Position numbers and translations under genes: made by a program. From positions 13,163 to 77,162 of the forward strand of contig JBBQUW010000009.1 of assembly GCA_038212095.1 (NCBI GenBank): DNA of 64,000 nt, read 5' to 3'. Shown here piece after piece: positions 35,165 through 42,599 of this stretch (positions are counted from its first letter, which is position 1; every line of letters begins with the position of its first letter). The stretch comes from Gaiellales bacterium (lineage in GTDB: Bacteria > Actinomycetota > Thermoleophilia > Gaiellales > JAICJC01). The notes below the pieces were generated by a model, which worked only from the letters and a program-made list of their open reading frames with translations, was not told the DNA's origin and did not search any database.

Positions 35165-36520
35165 GTGTCAAATGCACGACGCACCGCGCTGATCTCGCTG
35201 CTGGCGGCCCTCGGGCTGACGGCGGCCAAGATCGCGGTCGGATTGGCCACCTCGAGCCTGGGCATCCTCGCCGAGGCCGTGCACTCAGGACTGGACTCGG
35301 CCGCGGCCCTGCTATCGCTGTATGCGATCGGCGTCGCAGAGCGGCCCGCGGACGAGCGCCACCAGTATGGCCACGGCAAGGCCCAGCACCTGGCGGCGCT
35401 CTCGGAGGCCGTGTTCCTGGCCGCTGTCGCCTGCTGGATCGGCTTCGAGGCGGTGCTGCGGCTTCGCTCGGGCGGCGGCGGCGTCGAGGCCCACTGGTAC
35501 GCCTTCGCACTGCTGGTCGGCGTGCTGGCGGTCGACGCCGGTCGCACGACGGTCTCGCTGCGTTCCGGCCGGCGGGAACGCAACGCGGCGCTGCTGGCCA
35601 GCGCATGGCACTTCGCCTCGGATTTCGCCGGTACGACGGCCGTGATCGTCGGCCTCGCCCTGGTATCCGCCGGCTTTCCCCGCGCCGATGCCGTGGCCGC
35701 CCTGGCGGTCGCCTCGCTGGTGGCGGTGGCGGCGATCCGGATGGCTGCCAACAACGTCGACGTGTTGATGGATCGTGCGCCGAGCGGCTTGAGCGGCCTG
35801 ATCGAGGCGGCGGCGGGTGCCATTCCGGGCGTTGCCGAGGTGCGCTCGGTGCGCGTGCGCGAGGCGGGAGGCGGGAGCTTCGCCGACGTCGTGATCGGTG
35901 TCTCGCGGTTGGAGGGGCTCGAGCGAAGCCACCAGACGATGGATCGGGTGGAGGATGCGGTACGCTCGTTGATCGGTCCTGCGCAGGTGACGGTGCACGT
36001 CGAGCCGATCGTCCACGCCGAAGCGGCCAACGAGCGGGTGGCGGCGGCGGCGCTGCGCGTACCGGGCGTGGTCGAGACGCACAACATCACCGTGCTCGAA
36101 GAGGGCCCGGCCGGCCGCGCGATCACGCTGCACGTGCGGCTTCCGCAGGATCTGCCGCTGCGCCAGGCGGCGCAGACGGTGGAACGGCTCAAGGACGAGA
36201 TCCGCTCCGAGTTCGGCGTCGCCCGCGTGTACGCGCACGTCGAGCCCTCGGCGCTGGGCGCCCAGCCGGCGCGTGACGTGGCCGACGAGCGACCCGAGCT
36301 GGTGCGCACCGCCACCGCCGCTGTGCACGCGGTGGCCGCCGGTGCGGCCGAGGTGGTGGTCTACCAGCAGGGCGAGCGGCTGCTGGTGGTCACGTCGCTG
36401 CTGGCCGGTGACGAGCTCTCGGTACGCGAGGCGCACACCCTGGCGAGCCGCGTCGAGGACGCCGTCAGAGACGCCCTCGACGCGGTCGACGATGTGATCG
36501 TCGAGGTCTCGACCGGGTAG
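35165..36520 (+). CDS. cation diffusion facilitator (CDF) transporter with three tandem cytoplasmic ZT_dimer-like domains
   Basis: TM core AEAVHSGLDSAA...HQYGHGKAQ...WHFASDFAGT; then three successive ~75-aa segments each ending in a V-HVEP / VEV motif. Confidence 0.85.
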   Translation: MSNARRTALISLLAALGLTAAKIAVGLATSSLGILAEAVHSGLDSAAALLSLYAIGVAERPADERHQYGHGKAQHLAALSEAVFLAAVACWIGFEAVLRLRSGGGGVEAHWYAFALLVGVLAVDAGRTTVSLRSGRRERNAALLASAWHFASDFAGTTAVIVGLALVSAGFPRADAVAALAVASLVAVAAIRMAANNVDVLMDRAPSGLSGLIEAAAGAIPGVAEVRSVRVREAGGGSFADVVIGVSRLEGLERSHQTMDRVEDAVRSLIGPAQVTVHVEPIVHAEAANERVAAAALRVPGVVETHNITVLEEGPAGRAITLHVRLPQDLPLRQAAQTVERLKDEIRSEFGVARVYAHVEPSALGAQPARDVADERPELVRTATAAVHAVAAGAAEVVVYQQGERLLVVTSLLAGDELSVREAHTLASRVEDAVRDALDAVDDVIVEVSTG

Positions 36521-36524
36521 ATCG

Positions 36525-37691
36525 CTAGCGCGAGGCCAGCGTCACCGATACGGTCATCGTCTTGCCGCCGCGGACGATCTCGAGCGGGATCGTGTCGCCC
36601 GGCTTGTGCGCGGTGATCGTGCCGGACAGGTCGTCGAACGTGCTGATCTGCTTGCCGTCGATCTTGGTGATCACGTCGCCGCCCAGCACGAACGTCTGGC
36701 CGTTGATGGTGGCCTGGGTCGTGCCGGCCCGCAGTCCGGCCCGTGAGGCCGGCGAGTTGGGCTCGACCTGTCCCACCAGCACGCCGTGATCGACGCTCAG
36801 GTTGAGCGACCGGGCGAGGTCGGGGGTCAGCACCGAGCCGCGGATGCCCAGATAGGTGTGCTGCGCCTTGCCGTGGGCGATCAGCTGCTGGGCGATGTTC
36901 TTGGCCAGGTTGATCGGGATGGCGAACCCGATGCCGATGCTGCCGCTCTGCGGGTTGGATGGGTTGTCGGACAGGATCTGGCTGTTGATGCCGATCACCC
37001 GCCCCTGCGAGTCGATCAGTGGTCCGCCGGAGTTGCCGTGGTTGATCGCGGCGTCGGTCTGGATCGCGCCGGGGATCTGGATCCCGGGCTGCAGCGAGCT
37101 GATGTCACGCTGCACTGCCGAGACGATGCCGGCCGTCACGGTGCGATCCTCTCCCAGCGGGTTGCCGATGGCGACAACGGGATCGCCGGGCTGGGCCTTC
37201 GAGGAGTCGCCCAGCGGTAGCGGATCGAGCGCTGACTGGGGAACGCTCACCTTCAGCACCGCGACGTCCGTGCTGCGGTCGAGACCGACCACGGTCGCGG
37301 GGTAGCTGGAGCCGTTCGAGAAGCCGACGTCAACCTTGCTGGCGTTCAGCACCACGTGCGCATTGGTCAGGATATGGCCGCTCGTGTCGATCACGAAGCC
37401 GGATCCCAGCGACTGTGACTGCTGGGTCTGTGGCGCGGCGAACGGATCGAACGGGTTAGCCGACTTCGTCGTCGACGTGGCGGTGACGACGACCACACCG
37501 GGCGCAGTGCGCCGGTAGATCGCGTTGACCGAGAGGCCGGTGGTGGCTTGTGCGGCCACGTTCTGGGCCGGCGAGGCGGTGCGGATGATGGTGCGGGATT
37601 GCGGCTGGGTCGAGTCCACCGCCAGAGCGGCCCCGCCTCCAGCCAGCGCTGCCGCAACGAGCAGCGCACTGATGCGGAGATAGGTAGTCAT
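36525..37691 (-). CDS. htrA: HtrA/DegP-family serine protease with PDZ domain
   Basis: 388 aa; signal/anchor, GSGFVIDTSGHILTNAHVV, D, GNSGGPL catalytic triad context; C-terminal PDZ. Confidence 0.9.
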   Translation of the reverse strand: MTTYLRISALLVAAALAGGGAALAVDSTQPQSRTIIRTASPAQNVAAQATTGLSVNAIYRRTAPGVVVVTATSTTKSANPFDPFAAPQTQQSQSLGSGFVIDTSGHILTNAHVVLNASKVDVGFSNGSSYPATVVGLDRSTDVAVLKVSVPQSALDPLPLGDSSKAQPGDPVVAIGNPLGEDRTVTAGIVSAVQRDISSLQPGIQIPGAIQTDAAINHGNSGGPLIDSQGRVIGINSQILSDNPSNPQSGSIGIGFAIPINLAKNIAQQLIAHGKAQHTYLGIRGSVLTPDLARSLNLSVDHGVLVGQVEPNSPASRAGLRAGTTQATINGQTFVLGGDVITKIDGKQISTFDDLSGTITAHKPGDTIPLEIVRGGKTMTVSVTLASR

Positions 37692-37763
37692 GCCCGTGTT
37701 GTAGGCCGGGCAGATTGAACTCCGATTGTGGAGATTGGCGCCGGATGTGGACGGCCCGGGCGC

Positions 37764-38186
37764 TCAGGCCGGCGGCGCCGCCCGGGCCGCGCGGCGGCCG
37801 GACTCCGCCCGGGCGATCGCCAACGTCGCCAGGGCGACCGCCAGCAGCGCTCCGACGTGCTCGGCGGTGAGGCCGAAGCGCTGCAGCGGGTTGGAGCCGT
37901 CGCGCCACACCCACGCCAGGTGCGCCAGCACCGCGACGGCGCCAATCACGGCAACGGCGTCCGCGATCGGCGCTCCCCGGCCGGTCTCGAGGTGCAGCGC
38001 GATTCGCGAGCTGATCAGCAGCGCGGCCAGCACCGCCGCCAGCGCGATGCCATGGTCGAACGCCAGCCGACGGTGGGCGTCGATCCCGTGCGAGTCGCCC
38101 CACACGAGGCCGAGGTGAGCCAGCACGACCAGCGTCGCCGGGATGCCGGCGATGGCCGAGTACGCTCGAACGCTGGAGGCGGTCAC
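37764..38186 (-). CDS. 4-TM hypothetical membrane protein
   Basis: GTG 38186 supported by TACGAT 6 nt upstream; four hydrophobic helices with conserved-looking His (LAHLGLVWGDSHG, LAHLAWVW). Confidence 0.55.
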   Translation of the reverse strand: MTASSVRAYSAIAGIPATLVVLAHLGLVWGDSHGIDAHRRLAFDHGIALAAVLAALLISSRIALHLETGRGAPIADAVAVIGAVAVLAHLAWVWRDGSNPLQRFGLTAEHVGALLAVALATLAIARAESGRRAARAAPPA

Positions 38187-38191
38187 GGCAC

Positions 38192-38198
38192 TATCGTA
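38192..38198. promoter_or_regulatory. overlapping divergent -10 boxes in a 20-bp spacer
   Basis: plus TATCGT (38192-38197) 9 nt before ATG 38207; minus TACGAT (38198-38193) 6 nt before GTG 38186. Confidence 0.4.
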
Positions 38199-38206
38199 GT
38201 CGCAGC

Positions 38207-39157
38207 ATGCGCGCCCGCCTGATCGCCAACCCCACCGCATCCGGCACCACGGGGCCGCTGGTGGACGCTGTGGCCGCGCGGCTGGCCACCGTGGTCGAAG
38301 TCGAGGTGATGCTGACCGAGCGCCACGAACACGCGTCCGAGCTGGCCGCGCTGCCCGGCGCCGACGTGCTGGTGGCGATGGGCGGGGACGGCACGGTGAA
38401 CGAGGTCGTGAACGGCATGTCGGCGGGGGTCACGCTCGGCATCGTGCCGGCCGGGGCCACGTCGGTGTTCGCCCGCCAGCTGGGCATGCCGCGCGCGACC
38501 GCGCCCGCGGCGGCGCTGCTGGCGACCGCGATCGCCGCCGGCTCGTCGCGGCTGGTGGGGCTGGGGTCGGCGAACGGCCGCCTCTTCACATTCTCGGCCG
38601 GGATGGGACTGGAGGCCGAGGCGACGCGAGTGGTGGACGAGGAGCGTCACAGCCGCTTCGACGGCCGGCGGCCGGGTGACCTGAAGGTGGTGTCTGCGGC
38701 GGTACGGACGCTGCGGCGGGATGGATTCGCGCTGCCCGAGCGGATGACGGTGGAGCTGGCCGGGCGGCGGCTGCGCTGCTCGTACCTCGCGGTCGCGAAC
38801 CAGTACCCCTACACGTACTTCGGCCGGATACCGGTGCGGACGGCGCCGCGGGCCGGCTTCGACACCGCGCTGGACGCGGCGGTGGTGGGCGAGTTGCGCA
38901 GCCGCGACCTGTGGCGGCTGGTCATGTACGGACTGGTGTGGCCGATCCACGCGGGCCGCGGCGACCGCCGGGTGGCCTACCTGCACGACCTGGAGTCGCT
39001 GGACGTCACCTGCGATGTGCCGGTGCCGCTGCAGGTCGACGGCGAGTATCTCGGCCAGGTGGAACGGGTCGAGCTGCGCTACCGCCGTGACGCCGTGCGC
39101 GTGTTCACGCCGGCGGTACCCGGCCGGGCCCCGGCGCCGGTAACGGCAGGTACGTGA
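38207..39157 (+). CDS. diacylglycerol/lipid kinase family protein (YegS/BmrU-like)
   Basis: 316 aa; DVLVAMGGDGTVNEVVNG, GIVPAGATSVFAR. Confidence 0.8.
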   Translation: MRARLIANPTASGTTGPLVDAVAARLATVVEVEVMLTERHEHASELAALPGADVLVAMGGDGTVNEVVNGMSAGVTLGIVPAGATSVFARQLGMPRATAPAAALLATAIAAGSSRLVGLGSANGRLFTFSAGMGLEAEATRVVDEERHSRFDGRRPGDLKVVSAAVRTLRRDGFALPERMTVELAGRRLRCSYLAVANQYPYTYFGRIPVRTAPRAGFDTALDAAVVGELRSRDLWRLVMYGLVWPIHAGRGDRRVAYLHDLESLDVTCDVPVPLQVDGEYLGQVERVELRYRRDAVRVFTPAVPGRAPAPVTAGT

Positions 39158-39940
39158 CGCTGGGGCGCCCGCGGGTGGCCTGCGGGAACAGCTCCATCAG
39201 GTCGTAGATCTCGCTCGGCATGTCCGGCTTGACGTCGAGCCCGAGTTCGTTCGCGCGCTCGACCGTGATCGGGAAGTCGTGGGTGAAGTGGCCGCCGGCC
39301 AGCAGGTCGGCCAGCTCCTGGGCCTTCTCGGGCGGCATCCGGTCGTCGAGGAGACCGGTCACGAACGCGATCACCTGCCGCAGCGCCTTCTCGGCCACAT
39401 CCGCCAGTACCAGGAAGCGATCGTCGATCTGGGCCGGCTGCTTGGAACGCACGACGCGCATGATCGAGGCGGCCGGCATCTCTCCCAGCTGCGGATCGAC
39501 CGGTCCCAGCACGGCGTGGGCGTCCATCCGGATCTCATCCGCCGCCAGAGCGATCAGCGTGCCGCCGCTCATCGCATAGTGAGGCACGAACACTGTCACG
39601 GGCGCTGGGTGGGCGCGGACGGCATGCGCGATCTGTTCGGCCGCCAGCACCAGACCGCCCGGCGTGTGCAGCACCAGGTCGATCGGCGTGTCGTCCGGCG
39701 TCTGGCGGATCGCGCGCAGCACCCGCTCCGAGTCGTCGATGTCGATGAACCGCACCAGCGGCACGCCGAACAGGCCGATCTGTTCCTGGCGGTGGATGAT
39801 CGTGATCACGCGGCTACCGCGCGAGCGCTGCAGGGCCGCAACCACCGAGCGCGCGCCGCAACCACCGAGCGCTGCCGCATCAGCGGCGCGATCACGGTCA
39901 GAAACAGCACTCCGAGGAAAGCGAGCAGCACCCAGGCCAT
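39105..39940 (-). pseudogene. SDH-type (ClpP-fold, SppA-like) membrane serine protease disrupted by a 20-bp tandem duplication
   Basis: ATG 39940 gives TM anchor MAWVLLAFLGVLFLTVIAPLMRQRSVVAA then frameshifts to a stop at 39806; catalytic body (RVITIIHRQE...LHTPGGLV...YAMSGGTLIAL) restarts at GTG 39845. Deleting one repeat unit restores ...LMRQRSVVAALQRSRGSRVITIIHRQE. Confidence 0.6.
39835..39874. repeat. 20-bp tandem duplication (18/20 identical)
   Basis: gccgcaaccaccgagcgcgc / gccgcaaccaccgagcgctg at 39835-39854 and 39855-39874. Confidence 0.9.
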
Positions 39941-39947
39941 GGCCGTG

Positions 39948-39972
39948 ACCCTACCAGGAGGTGCTCTATGAT
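39948..39972. promoter_or_regulatory. back-to-back -10 boxes for protease gene and DUF4126 gene
   Basis: minus TAGGGT (39953-39948) 7 nt before ATG 39940; plus TATGAT (39967-39972) 9 nt before ATG 39982. Confidence 0.35.
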
Positions 39973-39981
39973 CTCGCCCTC

Positions 39982-40527
39982 ATGGACCTCGCAATCGCCC
40001 TCGGTCAGGGGTTCGGCCTGGCGGTGGCGGCAGGCTTCTTTGCCTCCGCACCGCTCGCCATCGCCGCCTCGGCCGCATCGCTGGGAGTGGCCGACGGCTC
40101 GCTCTCGTTCGCCAACGATCCACTGACCGTGGTGCTGCTCTGGATCGCGGCGGCGGTCGAGCTGGCGGCCGATGCGATCTGGCCCGGTGCCGAGGCCGGC
40201 GCCCGGCTGTTGCGACGGGTGGTCGGAGGCGGCTTGGCATTCGAGCTGGTAGCCGGTGACCAGGTGCCGTTCCTCGGTCTGGCGGTGGGTGCGGCGGTCG
40301 CGGCCGCGGTCGGAACCAGCCTGCGCCAGATCAGGATGCGGGCGATCAAGGGCGGCGGCGACGCGCGCGGCACTGCGCTGATCGAAGACGGCGCCGGCGT
40401 GATGGCGGCGGTGGCCGGCGCGGTACCGTTCGTCGGCTTCCTGCTGGCGGTCGTGGCGGCGTTCCTGTTCACCCGCACGCGACGCCGGGATCGGGAGAAG
40501 TACAAGGGCCTGCGCGTCCTGCGCTGA
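39982..40527 (+). CDS. DUF4126-like membrane protein
   Basis: MDLAIALGQGFGLAVAAGFFASAPLAIA..., Gly/Ala-rich helices, basic C-tail; ATG 39982 preferred to ORF-track GTG 39961 because of the -10 box. Confidence 0.6.
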   Translation: MDLAIALGQGFGLAVAAGFFASAPLAIAASAASLGVADGSLSFANDPLTVVLLWIAAAVELAADAIWPGAEAGARLLRRVVGGGLAFELVAGDQVPFLGLAVGAAVAAAVGTSLRQIRMRAIKGGGDARGTALIEDGAGVMAAVAGAVPFVGFLLAVVAAFLFTRTRRRDREKYKGLRVLR

Positions 40528-40566
40528 CCGGGCCGCAGGTGCACCAGGGGGGGCGCCGCGCCGGTC

Positions 40567-40572
40567 TACTAT
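40567..40572 (+). promoter_or_regulatory. -10 box, leaderless phosphodiesterase gene
   Basis: TACTAT, 6 nt, ATG 40579. Confidence 0.35.
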
Positions 40573-40578
40573 CACGGG

Positions 40579-42021
40579 ATGGCCAAGAAGCTGATCCTGG
40601 CGGTGATCGACGGCCTCGGGCCGGAGCTGCTGGATCGAGCGATCGCGGCCGGACGTGCTCCTAACCTCGAGCGGCTGGTGAAGCGCGGTGCGCGCACCGA
40701 TACCTGCGTCTCGACCTTCCCCTCGCTGACGCCGGTCTGCCTCTCGGCGCTGATTACCGGCGCCCACCCGGCCGGGTCGGGCATCCCCAGCATGACCTGG
40801 TACCACCGCGGTGAGGGTCGCTTCGTGGAGTACGGATCGTCCTTCCTGGCGACGCTTGCGGAGGGCACCAAGCAGATGGTCGACGACGTGCTGGTCAACC
40901 TCAACCTGCTGCACATGTCGCCTCGAGCGACAACGGTGTTCGAGGCGCTCGAGGACGAGGGGCTCGTGACCGCGTCGGTCAACACCTTCGTCTGCCGCGG
41001 CCGCGTGCGCCACCCGATCACGCGCGAGGCGGCTCGTCGCATCGCGCGTCGGGTCGGCATCGTGGACGCCGTCTACGGCCCCACCCGATTCTTCTTCGGC
41101 GAGCTGTTCTGGTCGGATGACACCGGCGCTCCCCGCAACTTCGGCGCGTCCGTCGACCGCCACGGTGGACACGTCGGCCGCTGGCTGGTGACCCGCGACG
41201 GCTTCGACTTCCTGTTCCTCTACCTCTACGAGACCGACGCCGCTCAGCACCGCGGCGAGGACGCGGTGGGCGAGGTGGAACAGGCCGACGGCAGCCTCGG
41301 GCTGATGGTCGATGCCGCCGGCGGATGGGATGCCTTCCTCGATCGCTACGCCGTGATGGTCGTCGCCGACCACTCGCAGAGCGCCGTCGAGCGGGGCGTG
41401 GACGTCTCCCAGCCGTTCGAGGATCTCGAGCTGTTCCGCTCGAGCCGCCACTCCGATCCCGCCCGGTGCGATCTGGCGATCGCGGCCAGCAACCGGATCG
41501 CGATGGCCTACCTGCTTCCGGCCGCCAAACTGACCGCCAGTGAGGTCGGCCACCGGTTCGCCCGGCACCCCTCCAGCGATGTGGTGATGTGGTCGGAGGG
41601 GGCATGGTTCGCGGTTCGGCGTGACGGCGGCGAGCTGCGCTTTAGGCGCGGATCCGGCGTGCTGGACGCTCGCGACAACGGCTGGGACGTCGCCGGCGAT
41701 CGCGATCTGCTCGACCCGGCGCTGTATCCCAACGCGCTGGAGCGGATCGAGGGCATCCTCACCTGCCCCGCCGCCGGCGACGTGGTCGTCTCGGCCATGC
41801 TCGGGGACGAGTTCGCCGATGCCGGCGGCGTGCACCATGCCGGCGGCGGCAGCCACGGTTCGCTGCGGGCGGAGGACTCGCTGGTTCCGCTGATCACGGC
41901 CGGATTCGAGACGGCGACCGGCCTTGGCGTGCAGCCGTCGATCACGGATCTGACGCCGCTGGCTCGCCGTCACTTTGCGGCGTCGGGTGCACGCGCTGCC
42001 GCAACAGGGTCGATCCTCTAG
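40579..42021 (+). CDS. alkaline-phosphatase-superfamily nucleotide pyrophosphatase/phosphodiesterase-like protein
   Basis: 480 aa; LAVIDGLGPELL, STFPSLTPVCLSALITG nucleophile motif, ADHSQS, GSHGSL. Confidence 0.75.
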   Translation: MAKKLILAVIDGLGPELLDRAIAAGRAPNLERLVKRGARTDTCVSTFPSLTPVCLSALITGAHPAGSGIPSMTWYHRGEGRFVEYGSSFLATLAEGTKQMVDDVLVNLNLLHMSPRATTVFEALEDEGLVTASVNTFVCRGRVRHPITREAARRIARRVGIVDAVYGPTRFFFGELFWSDDTGAPRNFGASVDRHGGHVGRWLVTRDGFDFLFLYLYETDAAQHRGEDAVGEVEQADGSLGLMVDAAGGWDAFLDRYAVMVVADHSQSAVERGVDVSQPFEDLELFRSSRHSDPARCDLAIAASNRIAMAYLLPAAKLTASEVGHRFARHPSSDVVMWSEGAWFAVRRDGGELRFRRGSGVLDARDNGWDVAGDRDLLDPALYPNALERIEGILTCPAAGDVVVSAMLGDEFADAGGVHHAGGGSHGSLRAEDSLVPLITAGFETATGLGVQPSITDLTPLARRHFAASGARAAATGSIL

Positions 42022-42122
42022 ATGGTTGATTCCACGGGATGTGTGGTTGCTGGACGCAGGATGGCGTCTGGGACGGCCCAGACCGGTGCCACAGCCGCGC
42101 AGCTCGTGGAATCAATCATCTA
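42019..42122. mobile_element. MITE-like repeat, short copy (104 bp), inverted relative to copy 1
   Basis: TAGATGGTTGATTCCACG...CGTGGAATCAATCATCTA; reverse complement aligns end-to-end with 11418-11587 except for a 66-bp internal segment present only in copy 1. Confidence 0.75.
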
Positions 42123-42133
42123 AGCTCTGCTCG

Positions 42134-42583
42134 ATGAAGGATGCTCGCAGCGACGCCGTCCGGGTCGGCCTCAAGGGTCACGCCCGGCGATTCCACGTCG
42201 GTGCCAGGCACCCCGCGAACTGGCTCGAACTTGTGCGCTTCTGCGTCGTTGGCGGCTCCGGATACGTGGTCAACGTCGGCCTGTTCTGGCTCGCCTATCG
42301 CGACCTGCCGTACCTGGTGGCGTTCGTGATCGCGTTCGCGGTTGCGGCAACCAGCAACTTCATCTGGAACCGTCTGTGGACGTTCAAGATCGAGCATGGC
42401 GTTCCCCATGTCCAGTACGCCCGCTTCCTCGCCGTCAGCCTGCTCGCTCTCGCCATCGATCTGGTGGCGCTGGCCCTGCTGGTGGAGGTTGCAGGCGTGC
42501 ACAAGCCGGTCGCGGCCGCGATCGCAATCGTGGTGGCGACTCCCATCAGCTTCCTTGGCAACAAGCTCTGGAGCTTTAGCTAG
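42134..42583 (+). CDS. GtrA-family membrane protein
   Basis: 149 aa from ATG 42134; LVRFCVVGGSGYVVNVGLFWL...NFIWNRLWTF...FLGNKLWSF. Confidence 0.8.
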   Translation: MKDARSDAVRVGLKGHARRFHVGARHPANWLELVRFCVVGGSGYVVNVGLFWLAYRDLPYLVAFVIAFAVAATSNFIWNRLWTFKIEHGVPHVQYARFLAVSLLALAIDLVALALLVEVAGVHKPVAAAIAIVVATPISFLGNKLWSFS

Positions 42584-42599
42584 GTACGCCCTCCTGGCG

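Noticed and set aside
42186-42196. Third occurrence of GATTCCACG, the core of the MITE terminal repeat, inside gtrA
   Set aside because: Only a 9-mer matches, with no flanking similarity to the element. It lies in frame within a conserved GtrA N-terminus, so it is probably chance.
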